Source: a virus
Strand: one strand, 5' to 3'
IMG/VR virus record: IMGVR_UViG_3300025133_008097
Location: 1-64,000 of that record
Length of the DNA: 64,000 nucleotides
Positions 33,016-43,048 of the stretch are shown here, piece by piece (position 1 is the first letter of the stretch; every line of letters starts with the position of its first letter). The notes under the pieces are model-generated. The model made no database searches and was not told the origin of the DNA. It saw only the letters and a list, made by a program, of their open reading frames with translations. The translations under genes were made by a program, and so were the position numbers.

Positions 33016-36000
33016 ATGGCGACCACATCCTCTAAAGGCAATACTCTCGATTTTGACAGCATCAATGTATTTAAGAAATTTTCTTCTTATATGCCTTGGT
33101 ATGATAGCACTGGGGGTCACTATTCTGTTATTGTGCAGCCGGCTGCCATAGAATCCACAATAGAATTAGATGATACCGCGGCCCTCAAGGAGCAAGCAAT
33201 AGATGCTTTTATAGAATTCTACTTGCCAGAGTTCTATCCTTTTCTATATGAAAACGGCACCGGGAGTGACTTTTTAGCTACTTATACCACCATCCGATCA
33301 GAAATTTCGGACAGCTTAGTGTTCGTTAAAAATAGTGCGACTGAATCACCTTTTCCTAGTACCACAAAGTTTTTGTTTAGTACCACCTCTGGTGAAATTA
33401 ATTTTAAGCTGATTCGCTTGGGACTCTTGTCCCATGGGATGACACAAGAAGAGACCACCGCCAATATACAATCCATTGCTCGCGAGCTTCTGGTAACACG
33501 CGCCCGAAATCGAGACTGTCCTGACGATTTCGATAGTGGCCTCCCCTCATACAGTTCGGGGCTGCCATCTTTTGCTACGGCACGCACTTATTTTAACAAC
33601 CAACAAGGAATCTCCGCCTCCCCTGGTACTGCGACTCAAATGTCTTTGGGAACACTTACCGAGATTATAAATGATCTCCAAATCGCACTACGATCATATG
33701 AGCAGCAGGTTAACATGTTCCCAGCACCACTTCGGATTCCCTTAAGTTTGCCGGCAATTAGATCGGACCTTAAGCGACTTCTGGGGACATTAAAAATATA
33801 TATAACGAAAGACATTAACCTCTCGGGCTATGTTGTCTCTCCCTTTGGAGACGATGATACTTTACGACTAGAGTGGGATCCCCAACAGCAGATTCAATCT
33901 ATAAGCTATGAGATTGACATGGGAGATGATGCGGTGGAAGAACCTCTGAAGATAGGGCTCTTCTCTTTAGTGAAATATGGTGCGGCTACAAAAGATCGGT
34001 GGCTAATGGCAACCATAGCTAATCAATATGCGATTCGAGAAGACTTTAGATCTAATAACACCGCATTGGGCCCAGGCCTGCCCTCGTTTCTTGAGTTTGT
34101 GGAAAACACCTACAGGGACCTCTTGGTCGACCCTTCTGCAAACCCAAGCGCCGGGGAAACAGCTATCAATTTCACCGGCCCCCCCATTCCTGGCGTCAAC
34201 GCGGACTTATATAGTAAGGTTTTCAACGGCCGCGACCCAGATAGTCCCATCGATCTTGCCAACCCCTCAGCTTTGGCAGAAAAGATTAGTACCTTTATGA
34301 CCTCCGAAGAGGTAGGGAAGATTCAGGCCGCCCTCCAAAACCCGGTGCTCCTAACTGCCATGTATAATGATTCTAAGTCGAAATCTTATACGACGAATTT
34401 TCCTCTTCCGGAAATTATTGACGAGGTAATAGAACTTATTAACGCTGCTCAAGGGATAAGTGTCCAAACTGAAGAGAGGAGAAGGATCAAAGAAGAAATC
34501 TCAGCGATAGAATCTGAAATCACTTATTATGAAGAAAATGTCATCACGCTTTTTAATGATGGAACTATGGGGGGCACAGAAGATGACCTCGCTGCGTACG
34601 CCGATCTAAAAGTAGATCTACAAAATGCCCGTAATAGACTATCAAAAGCCAAACAAGGCGGGTCATCTGCAGCAACTTCCACACCAGGCGGCGGGACGTG
34701 CGAAGGGTCTGAATGTGCCGAGGGTATTGTTGATCGGGTTTTGTCGTTATTAGGCCTCGCTGATTTAATTGCAGAGGCGCTTATTTGTACAACGATGGGA
34801 ACAACCTTTTCCCTGGAGCGAATCAACCAAGCAATCGATCTAGGATTTAGTATTAAGGATTTCGTGGAAGATTACGGTTCTCCTGAGCTACCGCGTCCCA
34901 TGCTTATAATGCCGGATATGCCGTCTATTAATATTTCATTTTCGATCACTGGGGACCCTCCTCTCTGGAAACAGATCCGCGATATAATACTTCAGACATT
35001 GGCCGAAGTAGCCTTTGATATTATTAAAGGCATTGCTGAACTTATCAAGCACAACTGCGATAACTTATTGAATCGTCCCGAAAACGAGGGTGAGATAGAT
35101 TTAGCGAGTGCTGTGGCAAACAATCCTGTAGGTGGCAGCGCGGGGAATGGTCTTGACCCAACCTCACAAGACTTGGTTGACGAGGCCTTTGCCGCACACG
35201 GATTTGATCAAAATACAGGCTACGCTTATTTAAGTGCAATCGGCAGCCGGCTGACTCCTTTAGAGATATGTCGACTGTTCCACTCCCCTGATGCTGTCTC
35301 AGATGAGACCATCGAGAAAATTCGTTTAAGCAATCTTGAATTCGACGAAGAGAACATCCGAGCAATGCAAAGTCGAAACGAGATTCTAGGGTTCTTCCAG
35401 AGCATGGCCCAGATTGCGGATGTGTTTCAAATTTGCAATGACATTATTAATAATGTGGACATACGAGCTTCTTTTGAAAACTATTGTTTATCTTGCGACG
35501 ACATAGCATCCTTGGCCGATCAGGCCAGCATCCAGAAGCTCGCCGACTTCCTAAACGGCGACGGCATTCCAGTAGACGTCCCAGAGATTGATTTCTTGTG
35601 CCCCGAGAATGACAAGTTCGTGCCCAATCCGATTGTGAGTAGGGTAATACCTCAAGTGTATAACACTCTGATTGAGAATGTTAAGATGCAGTTTGTATAT
35701 TCGTTGGAAGCAGCCCGAGTTACTCTTTTGGAGCCCTTTGTTTCGGTTAATGAAAACCCAACCCTGCAGGCAGCCATAGGTGCGATTCCTCCCAAGATGC
35801 GACCACCAACCCCTCCCGCTATCGACCCAGCCTTCTTATCTATTTTGGTAGACCTTCTAAACACATTATCTAACGCTCAAATACAGATAGATCCAGATAT
35901 ATGTCCGGATGTAAACGTGGCAAAGTTTGGAGTCGACGTTGACGACTTCTTACCAATGTTGGGGGATTTAGCCGATATTTTGAACAATGCTTTGTCGATC

Positions 36001-39000
36001 CATGGAGGAACCATATCCGATGTGCAAACCAAACTGACAGAGATTCAGGATACTTTTGATAATTCCAGCGCCAATTCTATTCCCTATGTTACTTACGTTT
36101 TTCCCAAAGCTTTTAAGCGCGCTTGGGCCTCGAAGTCCCGGCAAGCTGTACCAGATTATCTAGATATAGATGGAACCGGCGATGCCAGCCGCAACGGCCG
36201 CTGGGCTGTTCGAACAAAATATCCCTATACGCCCGGCAATCCTTTGATTGGAAACCCCGGGAGCGCGACAACATATAAGTCCAACCTGAGAAATGACCGT
36301 CATTCGTCGGCCCTAGGCCGCCTCCAAATGAGATATTTCTTTCAAAACGACATGGGCTCTCTCTCAAATGAGTCCATAGCAATCCGATTTTCTTCTAATG
36401 ACGATATTGGACACGGGCGCCCCATAGTGCAGCTGCGCTACCCCGCCGGGCTTCTTGAGGGCGTCAGCGCTGCTGGTTACATCGAGATAGAATCCCCGGA
36501 TGAATCTTTTTCGCCCTTCTATCCCGCAGCCGGGGGGAGTGCTGGGACCAATCAGGCAGCCATTGATAGTAAATTGTCAGGAATGGGAACCGGCCCAGCC
36601 TTTAATCCCTATGCTTTTAATTTTACATATCCTCTCCTTCGGCAGCTGCAAACTCTAACTCCTGGTGCGATGAAGTGGCAGGACAGAAAGTATCTTGAGG
36701 ATAAACTACAAAAACAGGTATACCCCACAGCACTTAACGGTTTAATAGAGCGTACCTTTGATTATATTTATACTCGCGGTATTTTTAATATGCCGAAGCT
36801 GATGGCACTTAACCTCTTTAAAGATAACTCAAATTGCCGGCCCACCGATGTGGGAGACCTTCTCGACGTCCGCGGAATTATTGATCAAGGAAAGAAAAAT
36901 TTTAGACAGTCAGCTTGCCGAGATCCTGGCACCACACAAGAAAGAGTAAGTGACGCCTTAAAATTGTCACTTATAAATTTACTCATTCAGGTCCATATCG
37001 TTGAATTTTTAGTTAAAAACATTTTTGTTTTTGGAGCATTTAATTTTGGCGAGATTATGGATAAGTCAATTCTCAGAACCATGATGTTTAAGACCGTCGT
37101 CGCTCAGGTTGAAGATCAGTTAACTGCCGGCCGCCCCGACTTAAAAGATTTTATTTATGATCATTTTGCTATCGTAATGGAACGCAGTTCTTTGGGCCCC
37201 GATGCAGGATACCCGGCGCGCCAAGACGACGGGATTGCTCACTCTTATGCTCGCCCCCGATCGGCGGACCCGGACCTAAAAGATGGTGCTGATATTTCAT
37301 CTGTGGATTTTTCTAAGCTTGTGAACTTTTTGGTAGCGGAAAGAATCAATCATACGCTTGAAGAGTGTGGAGAAACTGTTAACACGCTTCAGTCAATTAA
37401 TAACGTGCTTAAGGGCGCCGGCGCGAACGAAGCCTGGGAGGATGTTTTTATTAAAGATATTATAGGTGTACGCGAGTGCCCATATGGTCGTACTTCTAAA
37501 TCCGAGAATGGTAGGATCTTTTTAAGCAAATATGTATGGTGGGACAGTATTTCTAATTGGAGTGATTTAGGAGCGTGCACGGTTGATATTCCATGGAATA
37601 AATTTTCGGACGATCCTACCGTGGAGAACAGTGTTCGCTTGGCGGAAAGAAATGCCTGGGACGCCGGCCACTCCGCTCTAGTCTCCGGTCTGGGGAACGG
37701 TGTGAGTCAAGAGATTATAGACGGCGCCGTCGAAAATTATATAATTAATCATGGCCCGCGCCCCTCTTCAATCACTAAGCGGCGCATTGGCTCCTTGCGA
37801 GAGATACTGGGGGATGCTAACGGTGGTGCAATGCCTATTGAAACTCCGCGAGCTATTGATTTTGTAGATCTTATGGAAGGGATTACGGGCCCTCGCCCAG
37901 TATTTGAGGGCCTCGCCTATGGTTATAAATTGATATTTAATTATCCCTATGAAGATTCCGATTATGCGGGTGGTGCAAATTTCGATTATGATCAAGATAA
38001 TAGCTTTTTTATAGAATCGTTTAAGACAACAGGCGACTCTAGAGATATAATGCGCCTCGCAATGCAAGTGCAGAAAAAGGGAGCCACTGGGGCTCAGGGA
38101 GAAGAGATGAATGCTATTCTCGATTCGGTCCAATCGGATATGATGCCCCAATCAGGCGCCAACAACGCAGGGTCCCAAGTACTAGGCGAACTGCTCACAA
38201 TTGAAATGAATTCTGTCGGGACTCTCAATGCAAATACAATTGCTGATGTTATTCTTGCTGGAAACTGGGAGCCTCCCCCCGGAATGGTCTCCACTGGAGG
38301 TAGTATAGAAGATAACGTAGATGCCGGCCTTTTCCAGGTCGAAGTAGATACTCACCCCCCAACAAACCCTTGGTCAGAAGATGTTAATGCGACTACTGCG
38401 TACTCTGTTATGCAGAACTTCAATAATCACTCAACAGATCGCTATCTAGAAACAATAAAGACCCATCCGGAGTTTTCGCGGTTCATGAACCAGACATTTA
38501 ATCCGGAACTTATTATGATGGTCCCCCTTCTTTATAATTTTGGTTTGACAAGTCACTTCTTCCCCGGCATCGAGAGAGACTTTCAGACCACTAAAAACGT
38601 TATTCTTAAGTTATTTGAAACAGTTGGAAACACTAATAAAACTCCTTCGATTATTCAACGGAATGCGGCCGACCGCCTAACCGATAGTTTTGGTTCATCA
38701 GGAATGAGCGATATGGATGAGAACATCCGCGAATATATCTTGAAAGCTTTAGCTTTGGCTCCCATCAAAATTTTGAAGGGTGTCGTCGAGTTAACCGACC
38801 CGCACGTGGCTATTTCTAAAATCATTAGAGATATCACCGGCCAGGCCTTTCTTCTAGTCTCGAATGCGATCGATACGGGAATCAGCCAGACGGCGGCCGG
38901 GATCACACCTTCCCCCGCCGATCCGGCATCGAGCATGCTAAAGGGAGTCCTAGAAAAGATGTCAGGAGAAGACTTGCTTGCCCTTGGTTTGTGCGGACTT

Positions 39001-39279
39001 AGTTCGCTTAATGCCCAGGCTGCCGCGGCCCTTCCCGATCCCCCCGGCCCTCTAGAGGCGCCCCTGCTAGGCCCTCGTCTTACTCTCGACGGCGTGGACT
39101 TTACCGGCTCGATCGCGGGAATGTTGATGATGCCGCCCGGGCCCATGGGACTTATCTATTTGCTTATCATGATCCTAGAGGGCTTGGGAGACGATCTGGA
39201 CGCCGCGGCAGAAGGTGGTACTACTAGCGCCGACCGCCAAAGCAATGTATCGGACGGTCAAACTCCAAATGTTTGTTAA
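33016..39279 (+). CDS. Very large (2087 aa) virion-associated protein of unknown function
   Basis: Uninterrupted ORF in the baseplate cluster; coiled coil near aa 490-545; hydrophobic C-terminal segments. Confidence 0.75.
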   Translation: MATTSSKGNTLDFDSINVFKKFSSYMPWYDSTGGHYSVIVQPAAIESTIELDDTAALKEQAIDAFIEFYLPEFYPFLYENGTGSDFLATYTTIRSEISDSLVFVKNSATESPFPSTTKFLFSTTSGEINFKLIRLGLLSHGMTQEETTANIQSIARELLVTRARNRDCPDDFDSGLPSYSSGLPSFATARTYFNNQQGISASPGTATQMSLGTLTEIINDLQIALRSYEQQVNMFPAPLRIPLSLPAIRSDLKRLLGTLKIYITKDINLSGYVVSPFGDDDTLRLEWDPQQQIQSISYEIDMGDDAVEEPLKIGLFSLVKYGAATKDRWLMATIANQYAIREDFRSNNTALGPGLPSFLEFVENTYRDLLVDPSANPSAGETAINFTGPPIPGVNADLYSKVFNGRDPDSPIDLANPSALAEKISTFMTSEEVGKIQAALQNPVLLTAMYNDSKSKSYTTNFPLPEIIDEVIELINAAQGISVQTEERRRIKEEISAIESEITYYEENVITLFNDGTMGGTEDDLAAYADLKVDLQNARNRLSKAKQGGSSAATSTPGGGTCEGSECAEGIVDRVLSLLGLADLIAEALICTTMGTTFSLERINQAIDLGFSIKDFVEDYGSPELPRPMLIMPDMPSINISFSITGDPPLWKQIRDIILQTLAEVAFDIIKGIAELIKHNCDNLLNRPENEGEIDLASAVANNPVGGSAGNGLDPTSQDLVDEAFAAHGFDQNTGYAYLSAIGSRLTPLEICRLFHSPDAVSDETIEKIRLSNLEFDEENIRAMQSRNEILGFFQSMAQIADVFQICNDIINNVDIRASFENYCLSCDDIASLADQASIQKLADFLNGDGIPVDVPEIDFLCPENDKFVPNPIVSRVIPQVYNTLIENVKMQFVYSLEAARVTLLEPFVSVNENPTLQAAIGAIPPKMRPPTPPAIDPAFLSILVDLLNTLSNAQIQIDPDICPDVNVAKFGVDVDDFLPMLGDLADILNNALSIHGGTISDVQTKLTEIQDTFDNSSANSIPYVTYVFPKAFKRAWASKSRQAVPDYLDIDGTGDASRNGRWAVRTKYPYTPGNPLIGNPGSATTYKSNLRNDRHSSALGRLQMRYFFQNDMGSLSNESIAIRFSSNDDIGHGRPIVQLRYPAGLLEGVSAAGYIEIESPDESFSPFYPAAGGSAGTNQAAIDSKLSGMGTGPAFNPYAFNFTYPLLRQLQTLTPGAMKWQDRKYLEDKLQKQVYPTALNGLIERTFDYIYTRGIFNMPKLMALNLFKDNSNCRPTDVGDLLDVRGIIDQGKKNFRQSACRDPGTTQERVSDALKLSLINLLIQVHIVEFLVKNIFVFGAFNFGEIMDKSILRTMMFKTVVAQVEDQLTAGRPDLKDFIYDHFAIVMERSSLGPDAGYPARQDDGIAHSYARPRSADPDLKDGADISSVDFSKLVNFLVAERINHTLEECGETVNTLQSINNVLKGAGANEAWEDVFIKDIIGVRECPYGRTSKSENGRIFLSKYVWWDSISNWSDLGACTVDIPWNKFSDDPTVENSVRLAERNAWDAGHSALVSGLGNGVSQEIIDGAVENYIINHGPRPSSITKRRIGSLREILGDANGGAMPIETPRAIDFVDLMEGITGPRPVFEGLAYGYKLIFNYPYEDSDYAGGANFDYDQDNSFFIESFKTTGDSRDIMRLAMQVQKKGATGAQGEEMNAILDSVQSDMMPQSGANNAGSQVLGELLTIEMNSVGTLNANTIADVILAGNWEPPPGMVSTGGSIEDNVDAGLFQVEVDTHPPTNPWSEDVNATTAYSVMQNFNNHSTDRYLETIKTHPEFSRFMNQTFNPELIMMVPLLYNFGLTSHFFPGIERDFQTTKNVILKLFETVGNTNKTPSIIQRNAADRLTDSFGSSGMSDMDENIREYILKALALAPIKILKGVVELTDPHVAISKIIRDITGQAFLLVSNAIDTGISQTAAGITPSPADPASSMLKGVLEKMSGEDLLALGLCGLSSLNAQAAAALPDPPGPLEAPLLGPRLTLDGVDFTGSIAGMLMMPPGPMGLIYLLIMILEGLGDDLDAAAEGGTTSADRQSNVSDGQTPNVC

Positions 39280-39295
39280 AAAAACATTTTTTTGA

Positions 39296-39302
39296 TATTT
39301 AT
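39296..39302 (+). promoter_or_regulatory. Candidate late-promoter motif TATTTAT
   Basis: Located just upstream of the AGGAGG SD of the gp25-like gene; similar motifs precede other structural genes. Confidence 0.4.
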
Positions 39303-39316
39303 TAGGAGGGCTCATT

Positions 39317-39700
39317 ATGTCATCTGGACTTGCACCACGATTACCTGTTACTACTAGTAGATTTGATTTGATACAAGATTATGAAGCCCTCGTGGCTCAA
39401 AATCTTAAAATGCTTATTCTTACCAACCCGGGAGAAAGGATCATGGATATTAATTTTGGGGTGGGAATGCGTAAGTATTTGTTTGAGATGAACGATGATA
39501 CAACATATGCCTCGATCGCTAGCAAAATCAGGAGCCAGGTCACCCGGTATCTCTCTTTTGTGGAGATCCTTAAAATTGAATTCAACACACGCGAAGATAA
39601 CCCGGATTTGTATCCTCACACCGTGCGCGCAACTATAACTTTTAAGATTGTGCCGCTGCAAGTGACAAGCTTGCTGCAAATTGATACAAATACGAACTAA
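39317..39700 (+). CDS. Baseplate wedge subunit, T4 gp25/GPW-like
   Basis: QNLKMLILTNPGERIMDINFGVGMRKYLFE is the gp25-family signature. Confidence 0.9.
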   Translation: MSSGLAPRLPVTTSRFDLIQDYEALVAQNLKMLILTNPGERIMDINFGVGMRKYLFEMNDDTTYASIASKIRSQVTRYLSFVEILKIEFNTREDNPDLYPHTVRATITFKIVPLQVTSLLQIDTNTN

Positions 39701-39718
39701 TTATGGGGAGGTAGATAC

Positions 39719-41509
39719 ATGGCTAAGAAGTTACAAGCAATTAATTACACCAGTAGAGACTTCGCCACAATTCGGCGAGATCTTGAAAATTTTACAAAAA
39801 GATACTATTCTAATACCTATAAAGATTTTAATGAGGCGAGCTTCGGATCCCTAATGTTAGATACTGTTGCCTACATTGGCGACATCCTATCCTTCTACGT
39901 AGACTATCAGGCCAACGAAAGTTTTCTAGAAACAGCTATTGAATACAATAATGTGGTGCGCCTATGTCGCCAACTAGGGTTTAAGCTTAACCCAAACCCC
40001 TCTTCCTATGGTGTAGTAACACTATATATCAAAGTTCCAGCGTCGGTGAGCACAATGGGCCCTGATCTTAATTATGTCCCAACACTTCAAGCCGGCTCAG
40101 AATTTTCGTCCGAGGCGGGGGGATTTTATACTCTTCTAGACGACGTCGATTTTAAGAAACAACAGAATCAGATCGTTGTTAGTGACGCAACCACTGCTGG
40201 GGCCCCCACGCATTTTGTAATCCGCGCCCAGGGCCGAGCCACAAGTGGACGAGTCGGCAGAGATAAGTTTACTATAGGCGATTTCGAAAGGTTCCGACGC
40301 CTTCCATTGTCGATTTCTAAAGTCAACAACATCGTGAGTGTGTACGACCTCGCCGGCCATCGCTACTACGAGGTTGACCACTTATCGCAAAATATCATAT
40401 ATAAGGCCGTCCGCAATACAACTGCCACTAGGGCAACCGTACCCAATATCCTTAAGCCCTTCCCGGTCCCGCGCCGATTCACGGTAGATTTCGTCGATGG
40501 ACAAACTGTACTGCAGTTTGGATATGGTTCAGATTCTCAGTTAACGTCGGACGCTGTTACAAATCCAGCCAATCTTATGCTGGACATGACTGGCCGCGAC
40601 TATGTGACCGATGTGGGATTTGACCCCAACAATTTGATGAATACCGACAAGTTCGGTATCGCACCATCCAATACGGAACTAATCGTGGCGTATCGATATA
40701 ACACTACGACTGATGTGAACGCTCCTGTTAATTCTATTACCAAGGTCAATCGTCCCAAGCTTGTATTCGAACGCGAGAGTGTTCTCGATAGTAAGAAGAG
40801 AGGAGGCGTAGTTACTTCTGTTCAGGTTGTGAATGAAGAACAGTTTGTTGGGAGCGTCTCTCTGCCTAATTCTGAGGAGATTAAACAACGAGCGTACGGT
40901 TTTTTCGCGACACAGAACCGTGCCGTGACAGCGGAAGATTACAAATCCATTTGTTATGCAATGCCAGCGAAGTTTGGTTCGATCAAGAGAGTGTCAATCG
41001 CCCGCGACTTTGATGCTTTTAAAAGAAACTTAAATTTATACGTTATATCTGAGAATATGAGTGGGAAGTTAACCATTCCGAATGCCACCTTGAAGAATAA
41101 TCTTAAAAATTGGATCTCACAGTATAAAATGATTAATGATACTGTTGATATATTGAATGCAAAAATTGTTAATTTTGGAATTGAATTTGAAATATCAATT
41201 GATTTAAGTGCGAACAAATTTAATGTTCTTAATTTGGCCAGCAGAGCCTTGGGCAAAAAGTTTGGCCAAACATATGATATTGGTGAACCCATTCTTATCT
41301 CAGATGTTAATAGAGTCTTGAACAAGGTCGAAGGTATATTGGACGTAGTCAGCGTAAAAATTGTAGAAAAGAGTGGTACCACATACGGAGGAGACTCTTA
41401 TGATTTTAATGCCAATCGAAGCGCCGATTCTCGCCGAATTTTAGCGCAAGAAAATGTTATTTTTGAACTTAAGTTCCCCGGGAACGACATTAAGGGGAGC
41501 GTTATCTAA
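39719..41509 (+). CDS. Baseplate wedge subunit, T4 gp6 / baseplate J-like
   Basis: YTSRDFATIR, LDTVAYIGDILSFY, FGYG and QNRAVTAEDY motifs. Confidence 0.88.
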   Translation: MAKKLQAINYTSRDFATIRRDLENFTKRYYSNTYKDFNEASFGSLMLDTVAYIGDILSFYVDYQANESFLETAIEYNNVVRLCRQLGFKLNPNPSSYGVVTLYIKVPASVSTMGPDLNYVPTLQAGSEFSSEAGGFYTLLDDVDFKKQQNQIVVSDATTAGAPTHFVIRAQGRATSGRVGRDKFTIGDFERFRRLPLSISKVNNIVSVYDLAGHRYYEVDHLSQNIIYKAVRNTTATRATVPNILKPFPVPRRFTVDFVDGQTVLQFGYGSDSQLTSDAVTNPANLMLDMTGRDYVTDVGFDPNNLMNTDKFGIAPSNTELIVAYRYNTTTDVNAPVNSITKVNRPKLVFERESVLDSKKRGGVVTSVQVVNEEQFVGSVSLPNSEEIKQRAYGFFATQNRAVTAEDYKSICYAMPAKFGSIKRVSIARDFDAFKRNLNLYVISENMSGKLTIPNATLKNNLKNWISQYKMINDTVDILNAKIVNFGIEFEISIDLSANKFNVLNLASRALGKKFGQTYDIGEPILISDVNRVLNKVEGILDVVSVKIVEKSGTTYGGDSYDFNANRSADSRRILAQENVIFELKFPGNDIKGSVI

Positions 41510-43038
41510 TGGCTTTTAAAAGATATACGGCGAGTGCTGACACGACTCTCACCAACGCATTCGAAGCTAACCTGACTACACGCGGCACTGGATCTAATAT
41601 GGGCTACGCTGATTCAGTAGAGGTTTTTTCCATCTACGGGCAGACGTCTAGCTCGGCAAACGGACAGAGCCAAGAACTCTCACGCACATTGATAAAGTTT
41701 CCCATAGACTCTATTAGCACTGACCGCTCTGCCGGCAACATTCCTGGCAGCGGCAGTGTTACTTTTTATTTAAAGATGTTTAATGCCAAGCATCCGTGGA
41801 CATTGCCTCAAGATTTTACTTTAGTAGTCGCCCCCGTTTCTTCTTCTTGGATCGAAGGCACCGGCTTGGATATGGATGACTATTCCGATCTTGGAAAATC
41901 TAATTGGTTTTCTGCTTCGACAAATACTTCTTGGACCCACCGCGGCGGTGATTACCGTACCGGATCATCAGGCCCCGTGTATAAGCAAACTTTTTCATTA
42001 GGGTATGAAGATTTAGATATCGATGTAACCCATGTTGTAGAGAGGTGGATGCAAACCTCTGGGACGACTCTCCACTTTGATAATTATGGATTTGGAGTGA
42101 TGCTCACTTCGAGCCAAGAAGCCTATGCCGCGGCAGCTACCACTAACGGCGTCATAGAGAATACCGGCGGCGCAGCGCAATCTTATTATACGAAGAAGTT
42201 TTTTGCCCGATCCAGCGAGTTTTTCTATCGACGTCCGCGCATTGAGGCTCGGTGGGACTCTCGGGTTCAAGATGACAGAGGAGCTTTCTATTATAGCAGT
42301 TCCGTCGCCCCCGGTGTCGATAATCTCAATACGCTCTATCTCTATAATTATGTGCGAGGCCGGCTCACTAATATTCCGGGAGTAGGTCTTGGAACTCTAT
42401 ATGTTTCTTTGTTTTCCGGAAACGCGGCCAACACACTTCCTGCCGGGAATGCAATGGTGTTACATAATAGCGCTACCGTTGTAACGGGCGGTTATGTGAG
42501 TGCGGGGATTTATTCGGCATCGCTGTGCATGACATCTTCGTCTGCCGGCGCACCAACCAAACTGTTTGATGTGTGGGCTTCGTTGCCTACAGGGTCAACG
42601 CAGTACAAGACGGGCTCTGTCATTACTAGTACTTTTAAATCATTTGAGGGCGCCCCCACATTTGATCGTGTCACCTCTATGAAAGAGTTGCGATCTTCGT
42701 ATAGCCCCAATCAAACGACTCGTTTTAGGACATTCGTGCGAGATCGTAATTGGAGTCCCACGATTTATACTGTGGCCACCCGCAACAACCCCACAGAGGT
42801 AATCGAGAGCGCATCCTATAAAGTTGTCCGGATGGCCGATAACCTAGAAGTAATTCCTTATGGTACTGGCAGTGATTATGCGACTTATTTATCATTTGAT
42901 GTAACCGGGAATTACTTTGATTTAGATATGAGGAACCTTGAAGAGGGATATATGTATGGAATTAAACTTGCCTACTATAATGATAGTATTGGCAGCTGGA
43001 TAGAACAGCCCGAAACCTTCAAATTTAGAGTTGAATAG
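41509..43038 (+). CDS. Virion protein with DNRLRE/CBM96-like beta-sandwich domain
   Basis: ADTTL, RTLIKF, YLKMFNA, SWIEGTG, DIDVTHVVERW and NYGFGV pattern; Ser/Thr-rich. Confidence 0.55.
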   Translation: MAFKRYTASADTTLTNAFEANLTTRGTGSNMGYADSVEVFSIYGQTSSSANGQSQELSRTLIKFPIDSISTDRSAGNIPGSGSVTFYLKMFNAKHPWTLPQDFTLVVAPVSSSWIEGTGLDMDDYSDLGKSNWFSASTNTSWTHRGGDYRTGSSGPVYKQTFSLGYEDLDIDVTHVVERWMQTSGTTLHFDNYGFGVMLTSSQEAYAAAATTNGVIENTGGAAQSYYTKKFFARSSEFFYRRPRIEARWDSRVQDDRGAFYYSSSVAPGVDNLNTLYLYNYVRGRLTNIPGVGLGTLYVSLFSGNAANTLPAGNAMVLHNSATVVTGGYVSAGIYSASLCMTSSSAGAPTKLFDVWASLPTGSTQYKTGSVITSTFKSFEGAPTFDRVTSMKELRSSYSPNQTTRFRTFVRDRNWSPTIYTVATRNNPTEVIESASYKVVRMADNLEVIPYGTGSDYATYLSFDVTGNYFDLDMRNLEEGYMYGIKLAYYNDSIGSWIEQPETFKFRVE

Positions 43039-43048
43039 TATTTAGGAT

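Noticed and set aside
39277-39293. A7-CA-T7 and the AAAATAA/TTATTTT inverted repeat at 18835-18851 as intrinsic terminators
   Set aside because: AT-only stems are too weak and lack the GC stem plus U-tract architecture
30648-43038. Bacterial eCIS/T6SS or tailocin locus
   Set aside because: gp25/gp6-like genes are shared with those systems, but the phage sigma factor, tRNA, PhoH, many small orphans and the absence of housekeeping genes indicate a phage genome
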